Assembly (NCBI GenBank): GCA_026982475.1
Contig: JALSHB010000112.1
Span: forward strand, 1-63,171
Reading direction: 5' to 3'
DNA length: 63,171 nt
Source: Chromatiales bacterium
GTDB taxonomy: Bacteria > Pseudomonadota > Gammaproteobacteria > SZUA-152
Numbering within the stretch: position 1 is the first letter of the stretch; each line of letters starts with the position of its first letter. This document shows, piece by piece, positions 8,331-20,002 of this stretch. Both the position numbers and the translations under genes were made by a program. The notes under the pieces were generated by a model, which was given only the letters and a program-made list of their open reading frames with translations, was not told the origin of the DNA and did no database searches.

Positions 8331-9389
8331 ATGAACGAATCACGCACATGGTTTTATCTTGCCGCGCTGGCGGCCGGCGGTTATCTGCTCTACCTGCTGA
8401 CGCCGGTGCTGACGCCCTTCGTCACCGCGGCGCTGCTGGCCTATCTGGGCGACCCGCTGGTCGACTGGCTGGAGGATTACGGCCTGTCGCGTACCCTGGC
8501 GGTGGTGCTGGTGTTCATCATGTTGTTGCTGCTGCTGGCCGCCCTGCCGCTGTTGCTGCTGCCGGCGCTGGAGGCGCAGATCGGCAAGCTGATGGAGGCC
8601 CTGCCGCGCTATCTGGACTGGATTCAGCTGCACGTCGTGCCCTGGCTGGGCGCCACTTTCGGCATCGATCTGCCCAGTCTCGACTGGAGCACCCTCGAAC
8701 GGGCGATCCAGACCCACTGGCGCAAGGCGGGAGGCGTGGCCGCCGGTCTGGTGCAGGCGGTGTCGCAGTCCGGCGCGGCGCTGCTGGGCTGGCTGGCCAA
8801 CCTGGTGCTGATCCCGGTGGTGGCCTTTTATCTGCTGCGCGACTGGGACAGCCTGATGGCCAACATCCGCGGCCTGCTGCCGCGCCGCCTGGAGCCCACC
8901 GTGGTGGCGCTGGCGCGTGAATCCGACGAGGTGCTGGGCGCCTTTCTGCGCGGTCAGCTGATGGTGATGCTGAGCCTGGCGACGGTGTATTCCCTGGGCC
9001 TGATGTGGATAGGCCTGGATCTCGGCCTGCTGCTCGGCGCCATCGCCGGGCTGGTAAGCTTCGTGCCCTATCTGGGCTTCATCCTCGGCATCGTGCTGGC
9101 CGGCGTGGCCGCGGTGATGCAGTTTCACGATGCCATCCACCTGGTCTACGTGCTCGCCGTGTTTGCCGTTGGCCAGACCCTGGAGAGCGTACTCTTCACG
9201 CCCTGGTTCGTCGGCGACAAGATCGGCCTGCATCCGGTGGCGGTGATCTTCGCCGTGATGGCCGGCGGCCAGCTGTACGGCTTCGTCGGCATCCTGCTGG
9301 CGCTGCCGGTGGCGGCGGTGGTGATGGTGCTGTTGCGCTTCGTGCACCGCCGTTACACCGAAAGCGACCTGTACGCCTCCTCCCGCTGA
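8331..9389 (+). CDS. AI-2E family transporter (PerM/YdiK-like permease)
   Basis: Polytopic membrane protein. The internal ATG at 8331 (MNESRTWFYLAAL) avoids overlap with the upstream gene; the ORF track starts at 8244. Confidence 0.8.
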   Translation: MNESRTWFYLAALAAGGYLLYLLTPVLTPFVTAALLAYLGDPLVDWLEDYGLSRTLAVVLVFIMLLLLLAALPLLLLPALEAQIGKLMEALPRYLDWIQLHVVPWLGATFGIDLPSLDWSTLERAIQTHWRKAGGVAAGLVQAVSQSGAALLGWLANLVLIPVVAFYLLRDWDSLMANIRGLLPRRLEPTVVALARESDEVLGAFLRGQLMVMLSLATVYSLGLMWIGLDLGLLLGAIAGLVSFVPYLGFILGIVLAGVAAVMQFHDAIHLVYVLAVFAVGQTLESVLFTPWFVGDKIGLHPVAVIFAVMAGGQLYGFVGILLALPVAAVVMVLLRFVHRRYTESDLYASSR

Positions 9390-9391
9390 GC

Positions 9392-10117
9392 ATGCGCATG
9401 CCCCCCGAACACGCCGCCAATACGCCCCCCGTCAAGGAACAGCTGCCCCTGGCCTACGCCTGGCGGGACGGGCTGAGCTTCGACAACTTCTGCGGCGCCG
9501 AGAACGCCGCCGTGGTGCAGAGCCTGCAACATGGCGCCGACGGCAGCGGCGACCAGTTCACCTACCTGTGGGGCGCGCCGGGCGTGGGCAAGAGCCACCT
9601 GCTGCAGGCGGCCTGCCAGCGCGCCGCGCAGCGGGGCCGGGCGGTCGCCTATTTGCCGTTGGCGGAGTTTGTCGACATGCCGGTCGAGGCCCTGGAGGGG
9701 CTGGAGGGCCTGGCGCTGGTGTGTCTGGATGACGTGCAGGCGGTGGCCGGGGTGACGCACTGGGAAGAGGCGCTGTTTCATCTGTACAACCGCCTGCGCG
9801 ACAGCGGCGCGGTGCTGCTGGCGGCGGGCGATGCCAGTCCTGCCGGTCTGGCCATCGAGTTGCCAGACCTGCGTTCACGGCTGGGCTGGGGTCCGGTGTT
9901 CCGTGTCCAGGAACCGCAGGAAGACGAAAAGATCCACGCCCTGCAAGCGCGCGCCAAGGCACGGGGTTTCGACCTGCCCGATGAGGTGGCGCGTTACCTG
10001 ATCCGTCGCAGCCCGCGCGACATGACCTCCCTGTTCGCCCTGCTCGACAGGCTGGATCAGGCCTCGCTGGCCCAGCAGCGGCGATTGACGATTCCGTTTG
10101 TGCGTAGCTTGGTTTAG
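9392..10117 (+). CDS. hda: DnaA regulatory inactivator Hda
   Basis: The 241-aa product from ATG 9392 starts MRMPPEH. It has FDNFCGAENAAVV and Walker A YLWGAPGVGKSHLLQAAC. The ORF-track start at 9005 overlaps perM in another frame. Confidence 0.88.
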   Translation: MRMPPEHAANTPPVKEQLPLAYAWRDGLSFDNFCGAENAAVVQSLQHGADGSGDQFTYLWGAPGVGKSHLLQAACQRAAQRGRAVAYLPLAEFVDMPVEALEGLEGLALVCLDDVQAVAGVTHWEEALFHLYNRLRDSGAVLLAAGDASPAGLAIELPDLRSRLGWGPVFRVQEPQEDEKIHALQARAKARGFDLPDEVARYLIRRSPRDMTSLFALLDRLDQASLAQQRRLTIPFVRSLV

Positions 10118-10613
10118 TGGGTTTTGTATTTATTCACCATAGAGGCACAGAGAACACAGAGAATGCATCAGTGGGAGGCAATGCCCCGGGTGGCGGTGCG
10201 GCCTGCCCCGACGACCTGGCATTTCATTTCTCCGTGAACGCCGTGTCTCTGTGGTGAATCAGGGGACGTTGGCACCGGAGGCCGGACCACGATATCCAAC
10301 GCAAAGGGCGCAAAGGTTTTCTGAAAGGATTTCCTTTGCGTCCTCAGTTCCTTTGCGGCCCCTGCGTTTCATTCCATTCCCGGCATGAACCTGAAGAGCC
10401 TTTCTCTGTGCCTTCGTGTCTCTGTGGTGAGCTGAATAGTTGCTGGTTTTTTGTTTGCCACAGAGGACACAGAGAAAACGATGCGCAATTGCCTGTAGGA
10501 GCGGCCCCTCAGGCCGCGAAGGCCTTGCCTCCATGGACATTCGCGGCCCAAGGGTCCGCTCCTACGGGGCGGTTGCTCCCCCCGATGTAGCCTGGCTGTG
10601 GCGAATGACAGGC
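10118..10613. repeat. Repeat-dense intergenic block (six or more CACAGAG/CAAAGG units in inverted pairs, plus a REP pair)
   Basis: Units lie at 10133-10164, 10227-10259, 10296-10320, 10330-10370, 10400-10432 and 10453-10480. The REP pair is at 10495-10565. Confidence 0.8.
10495..10565. repeat. REP-like inverted pair (26-nt arms, 3 mismatches)
   Basis: GTAGGAGCGGCCCCTCAGGCCGCGAA (10495-10520) pairs with TTCGCGGCCCAAGGGTCCGCTCCTAC (10540-10565). Confidence 0.75.
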
Positions 10614-11556
<943 letters not shown>

Positions 11557-11749
11557 TGGTTTTTCCGTTTGTCTGACAGTCTGCGCGTATTGTAGCCGGC
11601 GGCGTGCGGGGGCGGTAGCTTGCCTTGCCGGGGCTTTCTTGACAGTTCCTGTGGGCCGGTGATAGCTTGGCCGGCATCCCCGGCTTCCCGGATTCACGTT
11701 GTAGCTGCGCAATTTGAAGCTGACCAATGACGATCCTCGACCACCACCC

Positions 11750-12037
11750 ATGACGTTCCGTTGCCCACGATGCTTCCTGGGTTGCCTTGCCCTCATCGGC
11801 CTGCTGACGGCCTGCGCCGGGGTGCCGGTGCAGGAGATGAGCGATGCCCGCCAGGCCGTCGAGGCCGCGCGTCAGGCGAATGCGCAGACCTATGCGCCCG
11901 AGGAGCTCCAGGCCGCCGAGAACCTGCTGCAGCGGGCCGAGGAGGCGTTGACGGAAGGCTATTACCGGCAGGCCCGCGAGGATGCGGAAGCCGCCCGTGA
12001 ACAGGCCGTCAGCGCGCAGGCGAAATCCTCTCAGTAG
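11750..12037 (+). CDS. DUF4398 domain lipoprotein
   Basis: Lipobox LLTAC is followed by MSDARQAVEAARQANAQTYAPEELQAAENLLQRAEEAL. The ORF track starts at a TTG at 11714. Confidence 0.7.
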   Translation: MTFRCPRCFLGCLALIGLLTACAGVPVQEMSDARQAVEAARQANAQTYAPEELQAAENLLQRAEEALTEGYYRQAREDAEAAREQAVSAQAKSSQ

Positions 12038-12207
12038 TTCCTTCCGTCGTCCTTCCGCCGCACCCTTCTTCCTCCTTAGACGTCGAATCTTGCAGATTGA
12101 TGCCTTGCGAGTATGCTTGGCAGGGTGGGCGGCGCCGCTTCCGCGGATCGGCGCCCGTTGTGGCTAGTCATACAATTAGAGTGTCCGGAGACACTGGGAG
12201 GTAGAGG

Positions 12208-13065
12208 ATGAGGAGTGTTGAAAAATCTGCGGCGTGGCTGGTTCTGGTGCTGACGGTTGCGCTGGGTGGCTGTGCCTCGCTGCCGGGGGGAGAGTCCGTG
12301 GCGGCGGCGGAGAGTGACGCCGCCGGGAGCGAGTCCGCGCCGGTTTCCGAGCGTGAGGCCGCGGTGGATGAGGCGGCGCTGGACGAGGAAGACGTTGCCG
12401 GAATGCCGCTCGTGGTCGCCGAGCCCGTGCAGCGTTCGTCCCGGCTGGAATTGGCCGAGGCCCGTGGCGAGATCGATGCGGCGATGGCCGACATCCGCAT
12501 GGCGGAGGCGCGCGGCCTGCTGCAGCCGGAGGCCAAGGCCTGGCTGAAACAGGCCCGCGAGGCGGTGGAGGCGGGCGATGCCGCGCAGGCGCGCAAGCTG
12601 GCCGGCGAGGCGGGCGGACGCGCCCGCGTTGCCCTGAAGGGGTATTACGCCGACATGGCGCAGCAGCGCATCGCCCGCCTGCGCGGCGAGTATGCGGGGC
12701 AGATGAGTTCCGCGCAGGGCATGCGCCTGGATACGGCGGAGTCGGCCCTCCGGGCCGGTCAGTCCGAGGTGGCGCTGATGCTGGTGAATGCGCTGGTGGA
12801 CGAGATTGCTCCGGGCGCGACCTTCGAGCCCCCGGTGACGCGTGGTGACAAGGTGTCGCAGGTGACGGTGCGTGAAGGCGATACGCTGTCGGAGATCGCC
12901 GCGCGCCCCGAGGTCTACGGCAACGCGGACCTGTGGCCGCTGCTGCTGAAGGCCAACCGGGGCAAGTTTCTGCGTGTCGATGAGCTGCCGGTGGGCATCG
13001 TGCTGACCATCGACCGGAACGCCTCGCAGGAAGAGATCGATCACGCCCTGGCCCTGTCGCGTTAA
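12208..13065 (+). CDS. LysM peptidoglycan-binding lipoprotein
   Basis: Lipobox ALGGC. The C-terminal LysM is VTVREGDTLSEIAARPEVYGNADLWPLLLKANRGKF. Confidence 0.75.
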   Translation: MRSVEKSAAWLVLVLTVALGGCASLPGGESVAAAESDAAGSESAPVSEREAAVDEAALDEEDVAGMPLVVAEPVQRSSRLELAEARGEIDAAMADIRMAEARGLLQPEAKAWLKQAREAVEAGDAAQARKLAGEAGGRARVALKGYYADMAQQRIARLRGEYAGQMSSAQGMRLDTAESALRAGQSEVALMLVNALVDEIAPGATFEPPVTRGDKVSQVTVREGDTLSEIAARPEVYGNADLWPLLLKANRGKFLRVDELPVGIVLTIDRNASQEEIDHALALSR

Positions 13066-13070
13066 CACCG

Positions 13071-13092
13071 GCCTGAATCCTCGGATTCAGGC
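13071..13092. terminator. Hairpin between convergent genes (possible bidirectional terminator)
   Basis: GCCTGAATC-CTCG-GATTCAGGC has a 9-bp stem. There is no clear U-tract. Confidence 0.35.
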
Positions 13093-13125
13093 TCATCCCA
13101 GCCGCAAGGCCGTGGGTATCGATGC

Positions 13126-14649
13126 CTATTGCGGCGTGATGGGGATGCCGGCGATCCGGGCCCGCCACTGCGCGGGCCCTTTTTCGTGCACGGATTCACC
13201 ACGGCTGTCCACGGCCACGGTGACGGGCATGTCTTCCACCACGAATTCGTGGATCGCCTCCATGCCCAGTTCCGGGAAGGCGATCACCCTCGATGAGCGG
13301 ATCGCCCGGGAGACCAGGTAGGCCGCGCCGCCGGTGGCGATGAGGTAGACCGCGCCGTGGCGGGCGATGGACTCGATGGCCTCTGGTCCGCGCTCGGCCT
13401 TGCCGATCATGCCCAGCAGGCCGGTCTTTTCCAGCAGGGTGTCGGTGAACTTGTCCATGCGCGTGGCGGTGGTGGGTCCGGCGGGGCCGACCACCTCGTC
13501 GCGCACCGCCGCCACCGGACCGACGTAATAGATGAAGCGGCCGCGCAGGTCGACGCCCGTCGGCAGCGGCTCGCCACGATCGATCAGATCGACGAGTTTC
13601 TTGTGCGCGGCGTCACGCCCGGTGAGCAGGCGCCCGGAGAGCAGCAGGGTCTCGCCGGGCCGCCAGTCGCGCACCTGGGCGGGCGTCACGCTGTCGAGGT
13701 CGACGCGGCGGGCGTTCTCCGTGCCGGCGAGGGCGATGTCGGGCCAGTCTTCCAGCTTCGGCGCCGGCAGCTGGGCCGGGCCGCTGCCGTCCAGGCTGAA
13801 ATGGATGTGGCGGGTGGCGGCGCAGTTGGGGATCAGCGCCACCGGCAGCGAGGCGGCGTGGGTGGGGGCGTCCAGCACCTTCACGTCCAGCACCGTGGTC
13901 AGGCCGCCCAGGCCCTGGGCGCCGATGCCCAGGGCGTTGACCTTGTCGTGGAGTTCGAGCCGCAGGCGCTCGGCGGTGGAGGCCGGGCCGCGCTGGCGCA
14001 GGGCCTGGATGTCGATGGGCGCCAGCAGCGACTGCTTGGCCAGCAGCATGGCCTTTTCCGGGGTGCCGCCGATGCCGATGCCAAGGATGCCCGGCGGGCA
14101 CCAGCCGGCGCCGAGGGTGGGCACGGTCTTCAGCACCCAGTCGACGACGCTGTCGCTGGGGTTGAGCACCGCGAAACGGGCCTTGTTCTCCGAGCCGCCG
14201 CCCTTGGCGGCGACGATGATCTCCAGCTTGTCGCCGGGCACCAGCTCGGTGTGGACCACCGCCGGGGTGTTGTCGCCGGTGTTGCGGCGTGCGCCGGCGG
14301 GGTCATCGACCACCGAGGCGCGCAGCGGGTTGTCCGGGTCCAGATAGGCGCGGCGCACGCCCTCGTCGATCATCGCCTGCGGACTGCGTGAGGTGTCCCA
14401 GCGCAGATCCATGCCCACGCGCAGAAATACCACCACGATGCCGGTGTCCTGGCAGATCGGCCGGTGGCCCTCGGCGCAGAGGCGCGAATTGACCAGAATC
14501 TGTGCCATGGCGTCGCGCGCGGCGGGCGATTCCTCGTCACGCCAGGCGGCGTGCAGGGCGTGGATGAAGTCGGGGCTGTGGTAATAGGAAATGTACTGCA
14601 GGGCGTCGTGAATACTGGTGACGAAGTCTTCCTCGCGGATGACGGTCAT
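13126..14649 (-). CDS. Class I (Fe-S) fumarate hydratase, single-polypeptide 507-aa type
   Basis: The product from ATG 14649 begins MTVIREEDFVTSIHDALQYISYYHSPDF. It has CQDTGIVVVF and GGGSENK motifs and a C-terminal Fumerase_C-like region. Confidence 0.88.
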   Translation of the reverse strand: MTVIREEDFVTSIHDALQYISYYHSPDFIHALHAAWRDEESPAARDAMAQILVNSRLCAEGHRPICQDTGIVVVFLRVGMDLRWDTSRSPQAMIDEGVRRAYLDPDNPLRASVVDDPAGARRNTGDNTPAVVHTELVPGDKLEIIVAAKGGGSENKARFAVLNPSDSVVDWVLKTVPTLGAGWCPPGILGIGIGGTPEKAMLLAKQSLLAPIDIQALRQRGPASTAERLRLELHDKVNALGIGAQGLGGLTTVLDVKVLDAPTHAASLPVALIPNCAATRHIHFSLDGSGPAQLPAPKLEDWPDIALAGTENARRVDLDSVTPAQVRDWRPGETLLLSGRLLTGRDAAHKKLVDLIDRGEPLPTGVDLRGRFIYYVGPVAAVRDEVVGPAGPTTATRMDKFTDTLLEKTGLLGMIGKAERGPEAIESIARHGAVYLIATGGAAYLVSRAIRSSRVIAFPELGMEAIHEFVVEDMPVTVAVDSRGESVHEKGPAQWRARIAGIPITPQ

Positions 14650-14745
14650 GGATGATTTCCTCGGTGATTTTGCCGCCGGATGTCGAAGCGGGGGGCGCAG
14701 GCCGGGAGCGCTGCAAATTCGTTTAAATATAGGCCACATGCGTGG

Positions 14746-14774
14746 TTGACACAATGCGTCGTTTCGAGCAAACT
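14746..14774 (+). promoter_or_regulatory. Candidate sigma70 promoter of the tRNA-tuf operon
   Basis: TTGACA (14746-14751), a 17-nt spacer, then CAAACT (14769-14774). A GC-rich discriminator ACGCCGC follows, and an AT-rich UP-like tract lies at about 14715-14733. Confidence 0.4.
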
Positions 14775-14789
14775 ACGCCGCTCCTTTCA

Positions 14790-14874
14790 GGAGGGGTTCC
14801 CGAGTGGCCAAAGGGATCAGACTGTAAATCTGACGGCTCCGCCTTCGGAGGTTCGAATCCTCCCCCCTCCACCA
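14790..14874 (+). tRNA. tRNA-Tyr (GTA)
   Basis: GGAGGGGTTCCCGAGTGGCCAAAGGG...; anticodon loop CTGTAAA; long variable arm; ends CCTCCACCA. Confidence 0.93.
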
Positions 14875-14922
14875 TTTCTTCTTCGCGGAAGACGGGTAAA
14901 GGTACGTGGAATGCAGTGCCCG

Positions 14923-14996
<74 letters not shown>

Positions 14997-15054
14997 GTTT
15001 GCCTGGCCGGGTGTCGACGGGAAAGCCACCTTGCCGGCGGGCAATATAAAGCGG

Positions 15055-15081
15055 TTTTTAGTGTTGCCCATTTTTAGTGTT

Positions 15082-15086
<5 letters not shown>
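15055..15086 (+). repeat. Perfect tandem duplication 2 x 16 nt (TTTTTAGTGTTGCCCA) spanning the tRNA-Thr 5' end
   Basis: 15055-15070 is identical to 15071-15086. The last 5 nt of copy 2 are the first 5 nt of tRNA-Thr. Confidence 0.9.
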
Positions 15087-15156
<70 letters not shown>

Positions 15157-15201
15157 TATGTGTTGTATCAACTTCAGTGTGTGAATCAGGGGAATCGTCA
15201 G

Positions 15202-16392
15202 ATGTCCAAGGAAAAATTTGAACGAACGAAACCGCATGTCAATGTTGGCACCATTGGCCACGTCGATCATGGCAAGACCACGCTGACCGCAGCCCTGACC
15301 AAGGTCATGGCGGAGAAGCACGGCGGTGAATTCAAGGCCTACGACCAGATCGACGGCGCCCCCGAAGAGCGCGCGCGCGGCATCACCATCGCCACCGCCC
15401 ACGTCGAATACGAGTCCGACAACCGCCACTACGCGCACGTCGACTGCCCCGGCCACGCCGACTACGTGAAGAACATGATCACCGGCGCCGCGCAGATGGA
15501 CGGCGCGATCCTGGTGGTGTCCGCCGCCGACGGCCCCATGCCGCAGACCCGCGAGCACATCCTGCTGTCGCGTCAGGTGGGCGTTCCCTACATCCTGGTG
15601 TACATGAACAAGGCCGACATGGTCGACGACGAAGAGCTGCTCGAGCTGGTCGAGATGGAGATCCGCGAGCTGCTGGACACCTACGACTTCCCCGGCGACG
15701 ACACCCCGGTGGTCATCGGCTCCGCCCTCAAGGCCCTGGAAGGCGACCAGTCCGAGATCGGCGTGCCCTCCATCCTCAAGCTGGTCGAGGAGATGGACAA
15801 CTACATCCCCACCCCGGAGCGCGCCGTCGACGGCGACTTCCTGATGCCGGTGGAAGACGTGTTCTCCATCTCCGGTCGTGGCACCGTGGTCACCGGCCGT
15901 ATCGAGCGCGGCGTGGTGCACGTTGGCGACGAAATCGAAATCGTCGGCATCAAGGACACCATGAAGACCACCTGCACCGGGGTGGAAATGTTCCGCAAGC
16001 TGCTCGACGAAGGCCAGGCTGGCGACAACGTTGGCGTGCTGCTGCGCGGCACCAAGCGTGAAGAAGTCGAGCGCGGCCAGGTGCTGGCCAAGCCCGGCTC
16101 GATCACCCCGCACACCAAGTTCGAGTGCGAAGTGTACGTGCTGAGCAAGGACGAAGGCGGGCGTCACACGCCGTTCTTCAACAACTACCGTCCGCAGTTC
16201 TACTTCCGCACCACCGACGTCACCGGTGCCTGCGACCTGCCTGACGGTGTTGAGATGGTGATGCCGGGTGACAACGTCAACATGACGGTGACCCTGATTG
16301 CGCCGATTGCCATGGAAGAAGGTCTGCGTTTCGCGATTCGCGAAGGCGGCCGCACCGTGGGCGCGGGCGTGGTCTCCAAGATCATCGAGTAA
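15202..16392 (+). CDS. tuf: Elongation factor Tu (copy 1, tufB-like position)
   Basis: The 396-aa product from ATG 15202 begins [32 protein letters not shown]. It is preceded by the tRNA cluster, as in E. coli tufB. Confidence 0.97.
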   Translation: MSKEKFERTKPHVNVGTIGHVDHGKTTLTAALTKVMAEKHGGEFKAYDQIDGAPEERARGITIATAHVEYESDNRHYAHVDCPGHADYVKNMITGAAQMDGAILVVSAADGPMPQTREHILLSRQVGVPYILVYMNKADMVDDEELLELVEMEIRELLDTYDFPGDDTPVVIGSALKALEGDQSEIGVPSILKLVEEMDNYIPTPERAVDGDFLMPVEDVFSISGRGTVVTGRIERGVVHVGDEIEIVGIKDTMKTTCTGVEMFRKLLDEGQAGDNVGVLLRGTKREEVERGQVLAKPGSITPHTKFECEVYVLSKDEGGRHTPFFNNYRPQFYFRTTDVTGACDLPDGVEMVMPGDNVNMTVTLIAPIAMEEGLRFAIREGGRTVGAGVVSKIIE

Positions 16393-16403
16393 GCATGTCT
16401 GAC

Positions 16404-16432
16404 ATGAGAGCATCCCGGCGGGGTGCTCTCAT
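16404..16432 (+). terminator. Hairpin after tuf (terminator or processing site)
   Basis: ATGAGAGCA-11 nt-TGCTCTCAT has a 9-bp stem, extendable with a bulge. Only a weak T-rich tail (TTTGT) follows. Confidence 0.4.
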
Positions 16433-16500
16433 TTGTCATGCATGGTGTTTTAATGTACGGCATCAAGCCGTTTTGGTGTTTGTGGGTTCGTAAAGAGTTT

Positions 16501-16576
<76 letters not shown>

Positions 16577-16580
16577 TCCA

Positions 16581-16964
16581 TTGTTGTTCCGGGTGGCAAA
16601 CGCAGGCGAAGCACTAGAGAAGCCGATCTTGGATAAAGTTAAATTATTGTTAGCGATGGTGCCACTGGCTGCGGGCATTGGCGCCTATTATTATTTTGGC
16701 GACCAGCCTGCCTGGATGCGAGTGATCGGTTTGCTCGTTGCGGCGGGCATTTCTGTGCTGATCGCATTGCAGACTGAATTGGGGCGAGCGGCCTGGGCCT
16801 TCCGGCGCGAGGCCATCATCGAGGTGCGCAAGGTCGTCTGGCCGACGCGCAAGGAAACCACCCAGACCACCCTGGTGGTGCTGGTGGTGGTCATGATCAT
16901 GGCCATTCTGCTGTGGTTGCTCGACATGTTCCTGGCGTGGGCTGTCCGCTTTTTGACCGGTTAA
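16581..16964 (+). CDS. secE: Preprotein translocase subunit SecE
   Basis: Three TM segments and the conserved [17 protein letters not shown] motif. The start is uncertain; the ORF track uses a TTG at 16581, and GTG 16593 is an alternative. Confidence 0.88.
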   Translation: MLFRVANAGEALEKPILDKVKLLLAMVPLAAGIGAYYYFGDQPAWMRVIGLLVAAGISVLIALQTELGRAAWAFRREAIIEVRKVVWPTRKETTQTTLVVLVVVMIMAILLWLLDMFLAWAVRFLTG

Positions 16965-16978
16965 GGGGAAGACGATTC

Positions 16979-17512
16979 ATGGCAAAGCGGTGGTACGTAA
17001 TTCATGCCTATTCAGGTTTCGAGTCGCATGTGAAGCGCTCGCTTGAAGAGCGCGTGAAGCGCATGGGCATGGAGGACTACTTTGGTGAGATTCTGGTGCC
17101 CACCGAGGAAGTCGTTGAGATGCGCGAAGGCCAGAAGCGCAAGAGCGAGCGCAAGTTCTTTCCCGGCTATGTGCTGGTGCAGATGGAAATGAACGACGAG
17201 ACCTGGCACCTGGTGAAGGACGTGCCCAAGGTGCTGGGTTTCATCGGCGGCACCGGCGACCGCCCCTCGCCGATCAGCGACAAGGAGGCCGAGGCCATCC
17301 TGCAGCGTGTGCAGGAAGGCGTGGAGAAGCCGCGCCCCAAGGTGCTGTTCGAGCCCGGCGAGATGGTGCGCATCATCGACGGCCCCTTCAACGACTTCAA
17401 TGGTGTCGTGGAAGAGGTGGACTACGACAAGAGCCGCATGCGCGTCTCGGTGCTGATCTTCGGCCGTTCCACCCCGGTGGAACTGGAGTTCGGCCAGGTC
17501 GAGAAAGGCTGA
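16979..17512 (+). CDS. nusG: Transcription termination/antitermination factor NusG
   Basis: The 177-aa product from ATG 16979 begins [26 protein letters not shown]-terminal KOW motif is present. Confidence 0.95.
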   Translation: MAKRWYVIHAYSGFESHVKRSLEERVKRMGMEDYFGEILVPTEEVVEMREGQKRKSERKFFPGYVLVQMEMNDETWHLVKDVPKVLGFIGGTGDRPSPISDKEAEAILQRVQEGVEKPRPKVLFEPGEMVRIIDGPFNDFNGVVEEVDYDKSRMRVSVLIFGRSTPVELEFGQVEKG

Positions 17513-17614
17513 CGCCTTTCAGTTTTGAGTGTTGAGTCAACTAAAAACCCAACACTAAGCATTAGTAGTTAACCCGGGGAGCCGCAAGGCGCTTGTACCC
17601 ATCAGGAGTGAATC

Positions 17615-18049
17615 ATGGCAAAGAAGATCGAGGCCTATATCAAGCTGCAGGTGCCTGCAGGTTCGGCCAATCCCAGTCCGCCCGTCGGCCCCGCGCTGGG
17701 CCAGCATGGCGTCAATATCATGGAATTCTGCAAGGCCTTCAATGCCCAGACCCAGAGTCTGGAGCAGGGCATGCCGATTCCGGTGGTGATCACGGTCTAC
17801 AACGACCGCAGCTTTACCTTCGTCACCAAGACCCCGCCGGCCTCCGTGCTGCTGAAGAAGGCGGCCGGTATTCCCAAGGGTTCCGGCGTGCCTAACCGCG
17901 ACAAGGTGGGCAAGGTGAATCGCGCCCAGCTGGAAGAGATCGCCAGCACGAAAATGCCGGATCTGACCGCCGCCGACATGGACGCCGCGGTGCGTACCAT
18001 CGCCGGCAGCGCGCGCAGCATGGGCATCGAGACGGAAGGGGTGAATTAA
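17615..18049 (+). CDS. rplK: 50S ribosomal protein L11
   Basis: [43 protein letters not shown]. Confidence 0.97.
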   Translation: MAKKIEAYIKLQVPAGSANPSPPVGPALGQHGVNIMEFCKAFNAQTQSLEQGMPIPVVITVYNDRSFTFVTKTPPASVLLKKAAGIPKGSGVPNRDKVGKVNRAQLEEIASTKMPDLTAADMDAAVRTIAGSARSMGIETEGVN

Positions 18050-18050
18050 G

Positions 18051-18746
<696 letters not shown>

Positions 18747-19003
18747 AGATAGACGGCAATTGACTTTGGGGTGCCCGCCGCCGTCGCCGGTGGCGGGTTG
18801 CCGTCAAAGACCGCAGGTGCAGGCCGTCCGTGGTTTGGGTGGTTTGCTTAATGGGTGGCGTTGCCCGCCTGGCCTGCGCAGATGGTGTTTCCCGCGATTT
18901 TCCGGGGCCACCGTTATGGTAACCGCCGGCGCCCGTCTGTTTGGGGGCTGGTATTCGGACGAATGCGAAAGCATTCGAAATGTAAACGACTGGAGGTTTT
19001 TCA
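18747..19003 (+). promoter_or_regulatory. rplJ leader (expected site of the L10 promoter and L10/L12 autoregulatory leader)
   Basis: A 257-nt untranslated GC-rich structured spacer. It includes a TTGACT hexamer at about 18759 and a GAATGC-GAAA-GCATTC GNRA hairpin at about 18961-18976. The function is inferred from E. coli rplJL. Confidence 0.35.
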
Positions 19004-19531
19004 GTGGCTCTGAATCTTGATCAGAAGAAAGCAGTGGTCGCCGAAGTCGCCGCAGTCGCAGCTGAAGCGCATTCCGCCATCGCCGCCGAGTATCTCGGTC
19101 TGACGGTGACGGACATGACCGAGCTTCGCGTCAAGGCGCGTGAGCAGAATGTCTATCTGCGTGTGGTGAAAAACACCCTGGCCCGTCGCGCATTGGAAGG
19201 TACTGACTTCGAATGCATGAACGATGCCTTGGTGGGTCCGTTGGTGCTGGCTTTCTCCCAGGATGATCCTGGTGCCGCCGCGCGTGTCATTTCCGAGTTC
19301 TCCAAGGAAAATGACAAGCTGGTGGTGAAGCTGGTTTCCATTGGCGGCAAGTTGCTTGAGACAGGTGACATCAAGCGTCTCGCCGACATGCCCACCAAGG
19401 ACCAGGCGATCAGCATGTTGATGTCGGTGATGAAGGCGCCGGTCGAGAAATTGACCCGCACCCTCAACGAGGTCCCCGGCAAGCTGGTTCGCACCGTGGC
19501 TGCGATTCGCGAGCAGAAAGAGGCCGCGTAA
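19004..19531 (+). CDS. rplJ: 50S ribosomal protein L10
   Basis: GTG start; (M)ALNLDQKKAVVAEVAAVA is colinear with E. coli L10. Confidence 0.95.
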   Translation: MALNLDQKKAVVAEVAAVAAEAHSAIAAEYLGLTVTDMTELRVKAREQNVYLRVVKNTLARRALEGTDFECMNDALVGPLVLAFSQDDPGAAARVISEFSKENDKLVVKLVSIGGKLLETGDIKRLADMPTKDQAISMLMSVMKAPVEKLTRTLNEVPGKLVRTVAAIREQKEAA

Positions 19532-19621
19532 TCCCGGGCGAAAATGCCTGAGCGTTGAAAAAATGTTCTGCCGCACCGCATTGGCGGACGGCATGTAAAA
19601 AGTTAATTAGGAGTTATTCCA

Positions 19622-20002
19622 ATGGCTGTTAGCAAAGAAGATATCCTGGATACCATCGCCAACATGAGCGTGATGGAAGTCGTCGACCTGATCGAGGCGA
19701 TGGAAGAGAAGTTCGGCGTTTCCGCCGCTGCCGCCGCCGTCGCCGTGGCCGCCCCGGCCGGTGGTGATGCCGGTGGTGCCGCTGCCGAGCAGACCGAGTT
19801 CGACGTGGTCATGACCAGCTTCGGCGACAACAAGGTTTCCGTCATCAAGGCCGTTCGCGGCATCACCGGCCTGGGCCTGAAAGAGGCCAAGGGCCTGGTG
19901 GAAAGCGCGCCTGCGCCCGTCAAGGAAGGCGTTTCCAAGGAAGAGGCGGAAGAAATCAAGAAGCAGCTTGAAGAGGCTGGCGCTGCTGTCGAGCTCAAGT
20001 AA
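19622..20002 (+). CDS. rplL: 50S ribosomal protein L7/L12
   Basis: [38 protein letters not shown] with an Ala-rich hinge. Confidence 0.97.
   Translation: MAVSKEDILDTIANMSVMEVVDLIEAMEEKFGVSAAAAAVAVAAPAGGDAGGAAAEQTEFDVVMTSFGDNKVSVIKAVRGITGLGLKEAKGLVESAPAPVKEGVSKEEAEEIKKQLEEAGAAVELK

Noticed and set aside
10118-10613. Possible CRISPR array suggested by many short repeats
   Set aside because: The repeat units are heterogeneous, occur in both orientations as inverted pairs, and have irregular spacing of 10-70 nt. There are no cas genes and no uniform spacers. They are interpreted as REP/MITE-like extragenic repeats. ORFs 10259-10540 and 10336-10590 are translations of these repeats.
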